Origin: Klebsormidium nitens
Taxonomy: Eukaryota; Plantae; Klebsormidiophyceae
Assembly (NCBI GenBank): GCA_000708835.1
Contig: DF237113.1
Coordinates: 1-64,000, forward strand
Direction: 5' to 3'
DNA: 64,000 nt
Each line of letters opens with the position of its first letter. Positions within the stretch are counted from its first letter, which is position 1. Below are positions 1 through 12,395 of this stretch, piece by piece. Position numbers and translations under genes: made by a program. The notes beneath the pieces were generated by a model, which saw only the letters and a program-made list of their open reading frames with translations, made no database searches and was not told where the DNA came from.

Positions 1-2
1 TA

Positions 3-143
3 GGGGTGGCGCCGACGGATGAGACTGCGGAAGCGTACTGGTACGAACTAGCGGCGAGAGAGTTTCGCGCGGGGCTGGTGGCTTTGCTGGGTGTGCGGGA
101 GGAAGACGAGTCCGGAGACGAAGAGACTGGGGAGGAGGAGTAG
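3..143 (+). CDS. 3' end of a gene paralogous to the F-box-like ORF at 14076-15584 (partial, starts before the window)
   Basis: Frame from nt 3 reads GVAPTDETAEAYWYELAAREFRAGLVALLGVREEDESGDEETGEEE* (TAG 141-143). This matches the C-terminus GAAPHDEKVHVYFYELAAREVRAGLVTLLGVQEEG* of the 502-aa ORF. Confidence 0.85.
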   Translation, partial: GVAPTDETAEAYWYELAAREFRAGLVALLGVREEDESGDEETGEEE

Positions 144-399
144 GCCCCTACAATTAAAAGAAGCGGCTTCCGCACATTAGAATTACTTTAAGGTAGGCTC
201 CACGTACCCTACAGTGCAGGCACTGCCTCCGTTGTGAGCTAGCTGCAGAGCCTACATACTACTAGGACTGGTAAAATAAAGGAGCCAAGTACCTGATAAG
301 ACTGTGTAAGCTTGGACTTGGCAGGTAGTGCGGATAGGTGCACGAGCTTAGTAGCCAGGGCTACTGGTAATCATGTTCAGGTTGACTTACACAGACAAT

Positions 400-1350
400 G
401 GTTAGTTGCTTGCGCACCATGGGATCCGTTCACGTTCATGCATTCCCGCGATGATGAAAGCCTTCAATTTTAAAGCGGTTTGTGGCAAGTTACGGTTGTA
501 TATAGCTAACGAAAATGGTCTGTACGAACTGTTCAACCGGAGGCCGCGACTTATCAATTGTTGCATTGCATCAGGCCCGTCAGATGACAGTGCAATGATG
601 TCTCAGACAGTACGTCTGATTCGATTGTAGGTAGGCTTGGGCCGTCAATCAGCTAGTTCATTAGATCATTTGGCGGCCGGGCTGGCATGCCATGATGCAT
701 GATGCACAGCAGATCGAATCACGATCAATCTGTTATTGACGGGCGTAGTAAAGACTCTGAAACTAGTGCGATTGACGCGATTCAGTGAACTTCAACGTGA
801 CCGCGACGCGAATATGCGCGTACAATTCGACAAGTTGTAGCACGGCGGTGCCCGCGCGGCCTGGATCATACGAGGCGGCCGGGCCCTCGCAATTGCATTG
901 ATGTATCTATATACGTCATTGAATTATACACCAAGCTGTACACGCATATGTCGGAAACATGCACCCGTTCAATCGGTCGTTACAAATTGATCGAGCAGGG
1001 CCCGGCGGCCGGTGCACGCTTCATGCTAAGTTGGCCGGAACGAAGGTAAGTGTATGTACAGGCTCTGAGTCTCAGCATGAATCATTGTCTACTAAAAGTA
1101 AACCTGTACTAAGTACTAAAACAGGGTTATGTATATTCCTTATGGTTCCATCGGAAAGCTGAAGCCGCCTCAATCAAACGGCCATATGGCAACGAACAGC
1201 CTCTGCTCTCGGCCGGGCCGGGTCCTGACGGTCATGGGTATTTGCCTATCATTCCCCGACCATGCGCATTAACAAATCTACATATTCGTTGCCAGCCGGC
1301 CCATGTTGCGAGGATTAGTACGAAAGACCGAATTGTTTGTGTGCAAGAAA
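400..1350. other. Non-coding island rich in short palindromes, between convergent 3' ends
   Basis: Dense CATG/TGCA/GATC/CGCG/GGCC/GTAC, e.g. gcatgccatgatgcatgatgca and ggcggccgggc at 672 and 874. Similar islands lie at ~13050-13650, 16500-17300, 26450-27350, 42450-43150 and 50640-51150. Confidence 0.6.
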
Positions 1351-1512
1351 CTTGCTGCAGCGGTGCAAGGCTGGGCGAACACAACACGAATGAAATGGGC
1401 TCAGGAGGGCTCGCAAGGAATCATTCTCCCACGCCTGTCAAGATGTGTATGAATACAAGAAGAGCTCGGGTACAAGTCTCGAATACGACACAACATGAAC
1501 CTGCGCCCTGCT

Positions 1513-4500
1513 CTAGAACTTGAAGTCTTTTTGCTTCTTGCCCTTGGAATCCTTTTCTTGCTGCTTCCGCTTCCGCTTCTTCTCGTTCTGCATAAGCGCA
1601 AGCGCAAACTATCAGAAGAAGTGATGCAATCCAGTGGCGCTCAAGAATACAGAGGCGAAGAAAGCCAGTATGAAATAAAGAGCACTCGTCAGGGATGATC
1701 AACTCAGAGCTCAGATTGGGGAAATGATGAAGATCTTACGCAAGATCCGAGCTTCAAATCTGAAAGAGAAGATCCATCTCAACCGAAGCCTCCTGAAAGA
1801 AATCTCCAAAACGCGGAAGACGACCCTCTGATTTGGCATATAGGAACCCAGGCTGAAACGAGACAATCGATTTTGGTCCCAGGTTGTCCAAACAGGAAAC
1901 CTGGTCCGCTTGGGAAGACTCTGTCCACTTTGGGGAGCTCTCCAGGTTTGGAACAATCGTGCAGAGTTGGGACGGCAACTCACTTCTGCAACCAGATCGC
2001 TGAAATCCTCCTTTGCAGGCTGTAACTCGGTCTCCCTGTCTTGCTCCACTTTTCGAGCCTGCTCGTACCTGCCGCACAGAAAAGACCGACTTCGTTCATG
2101 CACACCGGCATGTTGCTATTGGTATGAGTAGACCAGCAGAGCCCGGACCCACGGAGTGTTCAAGAAGAAACCTGGTTGTGCGGTGTGACCAAACAAACCT
2201 TGTGTCCTTCGAAAAAACACGCACGTTAGTTGTATTAAAAACCAGAAGGCATACCAGGCTTCGCGATCAAACTTCGTAAAAGCTGGGACTTGAAGCGTTC
2301 GGATCAAGCTCTCTAGTTCCACCGTCGACAAGAAAGCCTTCACCGTTGACGAGGGAGCCTGTGTCCCTTGGCTCTTTAACTTTCAACTTAACCAAGAGAC
2401 TTTTCTGGTTTGACAAAGATAGCCAGAGAGATTGGGTCAGGCATCTTACCGCGCTGCCAGGGAGGCGTCGTCCAGCGCCTCCAGCTCCTCTGGCCGCAGC
2501 GTGATGTCGATTCGGTCGCCCTTTTGGGCCTGCACCAACAGAGACAGTCAGTTTACGATCGAGCTAGGAACGTAACCAATCAGCTTTTGGGCACAACGCT
2601 TGATCACAGGGAGAAGCGACATATAAAGAACAAGGGAACCCCAGCAACCTGCTGCAGACCCTCCTCCACAGTAAAGCTCTTCTTTTGGCGGTTCAGGAGG
2701 GCCCAAGCTCTACTGCCGACTTTATATTGGCGGCTGTGACCAAGTTGAACTTCCAATGGTTCACGGCACAGCCCCTCAACTCATTTATCAATCTTAACAA
2801 TAGAACATGTTTCCGTCTCCCGCTTGTTAAGTTCCGTGCACGGCAACAAATCCAGATCTTAATGAATATGGTGGGATATCTGGAAAAAAGAGATTGGCAA
2901 CACTGACGTGCTTTCGTGCGTCAAAACTGGTTCGACAGTTTGTGCACGGCAATCCCGATTACAGTGAGTGATTGGCTACACAGACAATTTTGTTGCGATT
3001 GCAAGGCTCAAGGACTCGGAGATGAATAAGCCCTCCAACCCCCAGATAGAAAACCTACCTTTTTCGCCCCCGGCACTGCGTATGTGTGCGAGCTGCCCAT
3101 AAGCTCCCCCTCCGCGACCCGCCCCTCTCTCTGCTCCAACACCTGATACAGCGGCTTTTCCGGCTGACCCTTTCTCAGGTTAATCAGATCCGGGGTTTCC
3201 AGTCCCGCCGGCGTCGTCGAAACGGTGTCGACCGACGCCATCCCCGCCTGCATTTGTTCCTCGTCCATGCCCGCGTCCTCCTCCGACTCCGCTTCGGACT
3301 CCTCCTCTTCTTCCTCGTCGGACTCCAGCTCGCCCCAATGCTTGGACCGGTCGACCGGCTCGTCCTGCAGAAGTGGTTAGAAAAGAGGGTTCACGATTCA
3401 TGATTAGGAATCCGAAGGTCTGAATGAGTTTGATATTTGGATGAACTTTGAGCTTCGTATGATCAACAAGGGCTCCTCCTCTTCTTCCTCGTCCGATGTC
3501 AGCTCGCCCCAGTGCTTGGACCGATCGACCGGCTCGTCGTGCGAAGTGGCTACAAAAGAGGGTTTAGCAATCAGGGTTTCAGAGCGATCTCCAGATTTCA
3601 AAAACTAAAGATCCGGTGTGAAGGAGCTGAGCTCCTGAGAACTAACATCAAAACCCCTCTTTTTTCTTGTCGAACTCCAGCTCGCCTCAGTGCTTGGAGC
3701 AATCGACGGGCTTGTCCTGCGGAAAGGAGATTTACAGCCCAGGTTTAGGAATCCCAGGTCCAGAGCTCTTTTATTCGAAACAAACAATCTAAGCTCGTCA
3801 AACTCGAGCTCGCCCCAGTGCTTGGACCAGTCGACGGACTCGTCATGCGGGATTGGTTAGGAAAGAGGGTTTGCAAACCAGAGTTAGAGGTTTGAAATGC
3901 ACCGTCAAAGTTCGAAACTTGGTAACGAGAGTGTGAGCTTCTCAGGGTCCGTATCAAGTTGTATCCGTCTCCCCTCACTGGCTTCGAGGTCGCCCGGGTG
4001 CTTGAAACTATTAATAGGCTCGTCCTGCAACAACGATTCATGGCCTAAGGGCGAAGCACAGGGCTGAAAAGTGGACACTAGGGTTTGGTTATGAATGACT
4101 GGGGACACACGTGAATGATGGGAACTGCGCAACCATCATGAACCGCTGACAAGTGCTGCCTGCTTCAAACATCAGGACCAGGAAAGTGTTTCAGAGAGCC
4201 ACTTGCAGGATCCGGCTTCGGACCGGAATCTAAATAAGAAGCTGGACGACTGCGACTTTCCAGCGTTTCCTTCCGCTCAATCCAGCCCATCTTCAGGGCC
4301 CTTGATATATCAACAGCTTTCTAGAGCCACATCCAGCAGGCCTTAATGGCTGCTTACCTCAAATACCTCCTCTTCTACGTCCTTCTTCGTCGTTCCAAAC
4401 ACGTCCCCGTAGATAGGCTGCCCGTACTCGTTAACAGGAGGTTTGCCCCAGCCCCCGGGGTGGTACCCGAAGGAGGCTCCTTCGGGGATGGGGGCGTTGA

Positions 4501-7500
4501 GGCCGGGGATTTTGAGGCTAGGGTAAGAGGGGGGGGGACCATACCGCTGCAACACACAAACAAAGCCTGTCAGATTGAAAAACGTAAGATCGAATACTTG
4601 AATCTACGGTAAGAGGGGGGGGGAGCGTATCGTTGTCACACGGGCGGGAAATGGTAAGATCAGGGAACGGTAAGTCTAAGTGGAGCTCTCGCGCTGGGAC
4701 TCTGAAGGTGCTGGCAAGCCAAACTTTTGGAACCGGGGACTTGGAGGCTAGAGTACGATTGGCCCAATTTCGCTCTGTGAACATAGGCATTGGGTTCGTT
4801 CTTGCTCTGGCTTACTTTCATTCTGTGAACATAGGCATTGGGTTCCTCTTTGCTCTAGAAGGCCCAGAGTAGGGCAGAAGACAAAGCGGGCAGTTTCCCG
4901 TACCTGCATGTTGACCAGCCAGGGCGGAGGGGACTGCTCGTCCATTCCCAACGCTTCTCGCAGCTCCTCCGAGAGCTCCCCCGGCTTATAGTCGTTCATT
5001 TTTCGCTGCAAGATGATGAAGGGACAAGTATTGAACAAAGCTTTTACAGGGCCAAGGCGGAGCTCAGACACCGAGCAGCAACTTCATGACCCACGACAAG
5101 ATGTTAGACGGGTTGGAACGCTGGCATGGGATCCGTTCTTGGAGACAGCAAATGCCGAGGAGATGATTGCCTTATGAGTAAAAAACAGACCAACAGATCG
5201 AAAAAAACGATAAAATTGACTTTTTTAGATTGACTAAGTGTGTGGGATCTGTGTAGACACAAAACAGGTTCGGAAGTATCACCCATTCCGATGCGGGCGA
5301 GATGTCCAATCAAATTATCAGGGTGGCTTCTGATCGACATATACGGAGAATCCGGTCGACAGTCGCTCCGATTGACAAGAAAGTATTCTTAAGGCGCAAT
5401 TCTTCTTGACTAACAATCTATCTGCCAGTTGATGTCTTGATCACAAATCACGGGTAGTGCACCACACGAAAGAGCACAACCCCGCTTCAGCATGCTGCGA
5501 CTTGCGGTATGTTTTTATGCAGATTCTGGGGTTAACGGACCTAACGAAAACAGCTCACCTCGTACTCCTTTCCCTCATAATACAGGTCTCCTTGCCCCGT
5601 CAACTTCGGCTTCGTCTGGTGCTTGAAGAACGCGTCGTGTAGCACCTGCACCAGAAGCGCAACATAAGGGAGCTTCCTGGGTGTAGAATTCCAAGAGCGA
5701 TCCTGCACCGGACGTCCCTTCCTAATATCGAAGCTTTTCCAGTTCCTTAAGAAAGGAACACTCGTGCTTTTCTGGTCTAAGACTGTGAGAGACTGCGGAA
5801 AAAGTCGGTGATACGAGTGCAGCGTGATCGTCCTGACGTCTGGTGACTGCTAAGAGAAAGATATGCACTCACTGTGCAACTGAACGATTTCAGATAACCT
5901 TGGATGCCTTGCAACTTTCGAGAACGCCGTTCTCTGCTGTCCAGTCGGAACAACGGGAATCAAGGAGTGTAACTGGGTCACCTGGTAGTCAATGTCGAGC
6001 TTGCCCATCTTGGGCTGCATCCGCTCCCGCTGCTTCTGCTTCAACTTCTTTGAGTCCTCTTTCTCCTGATACGCCTGCGCGAATTCAACACGAGAAAGAA
6101 TGTCATTACGACGCTCAAACGAGGTGTCAAAAGCCGGACTAGCTAGTGTGTCAAGTGGATTGCTTCTTTCCTCGTATGCCTAAATGCGTAAACTGTGACC
6201 ATAAGAGTAGCAGAGCAACGCACGCTCATCTCATCCAGGAAGCAGTATCGTCAGAAGTTCAAGCTGTGGATCCGGCTGACAAGCACGTTTCACATGTCTT
6301 GTTTGCGAGCTTGTCAACCCGTCAAAGAAATCAAACACGCAGCGGGCCAGAATTGATCCACCTTCTATAACTTACGAACATCAGTGGTCTCACCTGTCGA
6401 ATCTTCTCGATACCGGTGTTTGCGATGAAGTCTGGCAGTTGGAACGGAATCTTCTCAATACCTCGTTTTCCCTGCAACCAGAAGCACGCGTTAAGCCTTT
6501 CTCAACCCATTGAAGAACTCCCTCTTCAAAAAGCTCGTCAGCATAGCGCAGAAGGGTTCGTTATTGTGTATCCCACCACCAACGCTTTCTGTTAAGTATG
6601 ATGGAAGCAGGTTCCAAGGTTTGCAAAAGCGGCTCCATTGCCACCGCCGTCTTAGATCAGCAAAATTGCACCATCTGTCGTGTGCCAGCTTCGTCTTCTT
6701 TTCACATTTGCGTGAGGCGACCTCTCAAGACACGTCAACACAAATGAAGCTGCCGGGAACAACGTCACGAGGGACTCGTTTGCAATGGCGCGAAAGCTTT
6801 CGCTGTACACCTTGGTTGGACAACGGGGCATACTTCTCTGGCACACACGACCAGAGGCATGGGAGGTTCAGGAGTTGCTTTTAACCTGCAAAAACTTTCG
6901 CTTCTGCGACCAGTGCCGCGGCACGGGCACCGTGTTTCTATATGCTTTCAGGTACACCAGGAGCTTCGGGTCCATCGCTGTTGTGTCCCAAATCTGTGCA
7001 CAGACACAGTTGCTTTAGAGAGCAGAATCTACAAGCTAACAAAGGGGCCGGCCACTGCGGCAAGAGGTTGCGATCACAGGAAGTTTTTCATCCAACAGCC
7101 GGTTGCTCATTCAATTGTTCTGCATATAAGTATTGGCTGAGCCGAAGAGGATAATGCAGGCTTTCTCAAGATAGCTTCAAGGCAGTGCGGGAAAATCTAG
7201 ATAATCATCCCACTTTTGAGTTGGATGAGTAGACCGTGGGGAAGGGTTCAACAACCTGATTCACTCTTCCGCATCTCCGCAAACGGCGGCACTTGCTGCC
7301 ATAGGGAGGTCGGTTACGACCAACTTTCTGAACGACTGAGGAAGACAGAAACCACCACGATAAGATGCCGACTTCAAGTCGTGGCCTTCATGACTGAACT
7401 GCAACTCAAACGGCTTCGTCTTGCCTTGGATTGAGGATGAAGAGAAGATCACAATCAAGGCAGAACGGATGACATTTGAAACTGCTCACCTCAACAGTCT

Positions 7501-9879
7501 CGGGTCGCCTGCTCAGCTGCTTCAGCTCTGCAATCTTTAACCTCTTCAGCAACTGCAGAAAGCGCGCAAAACGTGGTTTCAAGTGGGAACTCTGATCAAA
7601 CACGGCTGGTTTTAGATTAAGTGTAAGATGCATGGAGCGACATCAAAACGAAGGATCAGAGCAATAACACAATGAACTGCAACTTCTCTACACAGCTCAG
7701 CGCGTCGAGGAGCTTAGAGCAGAGTTTGCTGTTAAGGCCAGCAATACACGTTAAGCAGACTTGCTCTACAAGGAAGAGAGAAAACGATACAGTCGAATTG
7801 AGTCAAGGATTTCAAAGTTATTGTCATAGTACAGACAAGCAGACTCTCCGGGCAAAGTGCGGGTCTCCCACCAAAACGTTGAGACAAAAGACCAACCTCA
7901 AACCCATCGAAAGAAGTTAAGAACAAGCAATTCTGCGGAAAACGATCAGACATGGTGGATCTTTCACCTTTTTCTTCTTGTTCGACATCTTCCCCTCCTT
8001 TTCTTCATCGTCCTCCTCTTCCTCCTCCTCTTCTTCCTCCTCCTTCTTCTTTGCCTTCTTTGCTTCTTCCTCAGCTGCGGCCGCCGCCTCCTCCTGCATG
8101 GCACATGACCAGAAAATCTAGACGTTGCCCTTCGAATCAAAATTGTCCGGGCTCTCCCAGATTGCAAAGAAACGTCCGGCAAGCACCTGAAGAAATGCGT
8201 ACAAAGATGTATCTGATGATGTCACGAAATGGCTGCACAGTGCTTCGCCTGCTTTTTGTTTCAACGGAGGACCAATATTTCGGGATTTTGTTCCTGAGTA
8301 TAAGATGGTGCTGAAGGGTCACCGGTGCTGCCGTTTTCAACCGCCCTCTTTAGGATTACTTTTGACACCATCAATTCAGGTGAAGCACGGTACTAGTCAG
8401 CAATACTTCGTGAAAGGAACGTCACAACAACAAAGCCACTGCAGCGTCAGTCAATAGGAAGAACTTTCTAAGAAAGTGAAGATCAGCAACTTACGTCGGC
8501 TTTGGAAGTATCCTCTGATGGCGTGAACTTGTTGAATACTTCCAGAAGCTCTTCATATCCTTCTGCTCCCTCAATCACCGGCTTCTCTGCAACGTACTCA
8601 ATCTCAACTTTCTCAAGAGGCTGCAAGGGAAAAGGAACGTCAGCATAACGCAAAGAATTGAGCCGCTGATCATAGTCACAATTAGAGAGCATCAAACAGA
8701 TCCGAAGCGTGTCAAAATCGCCTGATTTGCTAACATTTCACCAAAGTATCTGCAAGTTCAAGGTGAGCAATCCATCCGAGCACCCCAATCAACGCCTCAC
8801 CACTTACAAAAAATCCATTATATCCCATTAGGGACTTGCCCAACCATGCAAGCTCATCATGCCTCTAAGACAGAACCTATGTCACAAAAGAACATTAGCT
8901 CAAGAGAATGGCTTTTAGATCCACAACGAAACGAGCCATAGAGACGAAGCCCGCACTTCATCCAATACAGGAATGGTCACGAAAATCACTTCAAGGGTTA
9001 CGAAAGTATTTCCGGCCGAAGTTCGCGGTTTCAAACATGCATCCTGCGCGGAGGAAAATCCGCAATTTGCGAGCTTTTGATTGCACTCTGCATGTTCTGG
9101 AACCTGAATTGCCCCACCAATCGGTCGCTAGCTTCTACTCCCATACTTGCACTGTCCAACGCCAAGCGACAAGAGCGTAAAGCAATCTTGCAATTGGTGA
9201 TCAAACAAAGAAACATAAAAGAGGAATGAGTAGCGAAGCCGATCATAGAGATGTAGCTCTTGAGAGATTGCATACTTCTTAGGAACCTTTTTTTTGGTAA
9301 TGGTGGATGCATTGATGCAAGATGAATAGGCAACTTTTCACATTCTGTGAAACTTTCTGACAGCTCCTATGAAGTTCGATACCATCTCTGTCGAGCTTTT
9401 ACCCAACCTCAGAACCATTTGATAAGGAAAACTTGGCTCCGATTACTAAAAAATGCGAGCCAGGCTCTGTCATGAATAGAAGAACCGAAGGGGGAAAAGT
9501 TCAGGATGATGAAGAATTCATTCAACTGAAAAGGAAGATCCAAAACTTTTCAAAAATGTAGCTCCACCTGCAAAACCCTCAACATCCAACTCGAGAAGCA
9601 CATACTAGAGGATCAATTGTAGTCAGAGCAGAACAGCAAAATGCATCAGTAGCATATTATGACCCAGGTTCAGGGATATGTTTGCACCTCTTCAGCCTGC
9701 TGCTTTGCAGGCTCTTCAACCACCGCCTTCACTTTGTTCTGTTTCTTTTTCTCCCTCCGCTTCTGCCTCTTCTCTGCAGCCTTTGACTTCTTCTGAGGGG
9801 CGTCCCCATTTTCCAGCTTATTGGCGGTGCCATTCGCATTTGGAACAACTACGCCATTCTCTGCACCGTGAGCCGCCAT
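1513..9879 (-). CDS. SF3B2: Splicing factor 3B subunit 2 (SAP145/Cus1), 14 exons, ~569 aa
   Basis: Exons: 9688-9879, 8495-8620, 7968-8093, 7490-7552, 6886-6993, 6394-6471, 5982-6074, 5559-5645, 4904-5005, 4358-4546 (or 4367-4546), 3059-3364, 2450-2529, 1984-2068, 1513-1587. All are GT-AG and phase-consistent. Motifs: AYRNTVPVPRHWSQKRKFLQGKRGIEK, KMGKLDIDYQVLHDAFFK, PPPWLVNMQRYGPPPSYP, GGWGKPPV, KHWGEL, EDFSDLVAE, C-terminal KDFKF. Confidence 0.96.
3473..4030 (-). repeat. Four decayed copies of the SF3B2 exon-11 acceptor and exon start, in intron 10
   Basis: Real exon starts DEPVDRSKHWGELESDEE (acceptor 3365-3367). Copies: ~3473-3575 DEPVDRSKHWGELTSDEEEEEE; ~3655-3725 DKPVDCSKH*GELEFD; ~3794-3880 DESVDWSKHWGELEFDE; ~3970-4030 DEPINSFKHPGDLEASE. 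Confidence 0.92.
4600..4762 (-). repeat. Decayed copies of the SF3B2 exon-10 5' region, in intron 9
   Basis: 4607-4640 cggtaagagggggggggagcgtatcgttgtcaca resembles the real gggtaagagggggggggaccataccgctgcaaca. 4731-4755 aaccggggacttggaggctagagta resembles ggccggggattttgaggctagggta. Confidence 0.7.
4774..4856. repeat. Intronic tandem duplication, period 48 bp
   Basis: tctgtgaacataggcattgggttc starts at 4774 and at 4822. Confidence 0.85.
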
Positions 9880-10895
9880 GACGAGCGATGCAATTAGTAT
9901 TCACAACTGGGAGTATTACCAGAGCTTGCCCAGAAATGCCTTTATACTGCCTGCAAGGACAAGGGCGCAACCCTGGTCTTGGCGCCCTTCCTTGTGGCGC
10001 TTCCTTGCAGCGCACCTGGTATCCTCCCTGGCCGCAGTTCGTCTCGTTGGCCTGTCCAGAAAGAGGTGAGGCCCAGGCCCTTCCCCTCAACTCTTGAGCA
10101 AAGTTTTCCACCAGGTCTAGTTCAAACAGAAAACCCACAGACTTCAATCTAATTCAACCAATCAGAAGTTTCCCTTTGAAACTACCATGCTACCAACTTC
10201 AGATTCGATGCGTGGGTACCAACCATTCACTGGCCGAGCATTCACAAGTCGCTACGTCGAAAGCAAGCCCAATCACAACCAGCCAGATATTCCTAGGATA
10301 TTATCCTTTCGCACAACTCTCGACAAATCAAAGACTCCACAGTGGCAGGTCGGCACTTTTCGTGCCAGCAAAACGATCGAAAACTGTACAAATCGGCCCA
10401 CCATGTGCAACGTGGCAAGCCAATGGCAAGGGCACATTGCAATCTGCACTTTTCAATGGACAGAACCACAACTGCAAATGCAGCTCTGATCGAATTCAGG
10501 ATGGGCGCCTTCGCAACTTTCTTCAAGTCCTTGTCCTGCATTCCAACGCGCATCTTCTGACGTTGAACAGCACTTTTGATTGATAGAGGCCGCTGCACTG
10601 AAGAGGCGCAACTTCCTCCACCTGAACTCCGCCGTCCATGACTTTCTTGCATTTCCCTTTTCGCAATTACATCCCACTTAGGGGACCCTGACCTATGTTT
10701 ATCTGGGATTGGGCTTTGGCGCTGCCAATAAGTTGCCACTCAAAGTATTCTTGCCAATTAGGGGCTTGAATAAGTTCGCACCCACTTGCAAGCTCCACCT
10801 GTAAAGTATGCAGATTCAAACGCAAAGGACGTAGGAACTGCTCATAGACAGATAGAGCCAGATACACAGAATGACCTCTCTGATCATCCTGCCAG

Positions 10896-12395
10896 ATGCT
10901 GGCATGTTCAACGCACTAAGTGGACCTTTCGCGTGCACTAAGGTTTCCTCTGGTTCAGAGGAGAAGGGAGTTCCCCTCGAGAAGAATTGTGTCCTGCCGA
11001 CAATCTCCACTGACACGGTGAGTCCAAGTGTTGATGACAGGTCATCTTCTGGTTGGTTATACGGTGATCACCGAGGCCTACTCGATCCTGGAAACGCTCT
11101 ACTTGTCTGATTGGCAATGACTGCTGGCATTTTTGTAGCTCTTCATGCTAGCTAAGATTCTGAACAGCAATCCTCCCCTGTGGACATGCTGCATTCCTTG
11201 CCTCAGCAGCTCAGTTCCGCAATCTTTTGCAGCTTGTCCAACTGCTGTCGAGGTCGTTGACCAGCAGCTCCTTTGACACGGTGAAGGTGTTGGACACAAG
11301 GTTTCCCTATGAGTATGATGGCGGTCATATCACAGGTGCGTTTTTGACTCAATTCAAGCCAATGAAGATGCTCATGTTTGTTAACCTTTCCACCCGTCTG
11401 AAGGCGTATCCGTCTCCTGCTAACGCTGTTGTTGGAGTATGGAACTTTTGGTGAAATTTCAACCAAAGGAGACCTGTCCTTCAGGACTTTCTCTACTTCC
11501 TCCGTACAAAACCTTAGGCCAGAAAACCCACTGTATTGGTGTGACACTGTATGCTCTGTTGCAGGAGCTATGAATCTCTACCAACCCCAAGACATGGAAG
11601 ACTTCTACCATGCCAACTCTGGTAACCATGAGAGGACCTGCCTGGTATTCCACTGCGAATTCTCGTCTTCGCGTGCACCCAAACTGTAAGTACACATTGC
11701 CACTCTGCAAATCTGTTCTCTTCATAAGCTCCTAATGTCTTGTCAGGCAGAGAGCTGTGTTCTAGTTCCCTCCAGATATTCTCAAAGACCTTGGGACGAC
11801 TTGACCGTCCTGCAGTGGAATTGGCAGCTTTGGCAAAGCTTATTCGTGCTGGTTTGCAATACATGCTTTGATCATTTGTGCAATCTTGGCACTTCTCACA
11901 GATGTGCTAACGCCCTTTATAACTTGCAGCTTCCAGTTCATGCGCAACCTGGACCGCAAGATGCACGCTGACTCATATCCGAAGCTGAGCTTCCCAAATA
12001 TGTTTATCCTGGAGGGCGGCTATAAAGCCTTCTTTGAGAGCAAAAAGGTGCGTCCTATCGCACGAAGTCTATTGCAAAGTAGCAGCTTCCAACTAAGTGT
12101 GCTTGTGACCTGCAACCGTCTCTTTATCTTCAAGGCAGACAAAGGTATTTCTTGCTGAACACACTAGCTTTCGTTCTGGCTGCCGCAGGTCCTTTGTGAA
12201 CCAAAGGCATATGTTAAGATGGTGGATGCTGCCTTTCTACCGCAGCTTAAGAGGCTAACCAGCAGTCTTCGAAAAGGCTGGTCTAATCGGTCACGATCTG
12301 CATTACAAGACATGTCAAACAGCAGCGATCCTTCACAAGAAAAGGATCGCCAAGAAAGATCTAAGAGGATAAAAAGGTGCAACTTCCTTTCTTAG
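10896..12395 (+). CDS. CDC25: Cdc25 dual-specificity phosphatase, rhodanese catalytic domain; 5' end unresolved
   Basis: Exons: 10896-11017, 11233-11335, 11565-11685, 11930-12047, 12189-12395. The spliced protein contains ISTDTLVQLL, LDTRFPYEYDGGHITGAMN, active-site loop VFHCEFSSSRAP, RNLDRK..YPKLSFPNMFILEGGYKAFF and LCEPKAYVKM. In-frame ATGs exist at 10871 and 10904, and upstream exons are possible. Confidence 0.9.

Noticed and set aside
3365-4030. Regularly spaced repeats (also 29412-29960, 39240-39900, 59000-59144) as a CRISPR array
   Set aside because: The units are degenerate copies of the adjacent exon start and splice site inside eukaryotic introns. They have no constant repeat with unique spacers, and there are no cas genes.
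7968-8093. Poly-Glu/Lys low-complexity tract
   Set aside because: Ordinary acidic/basic linker of SF3B2.
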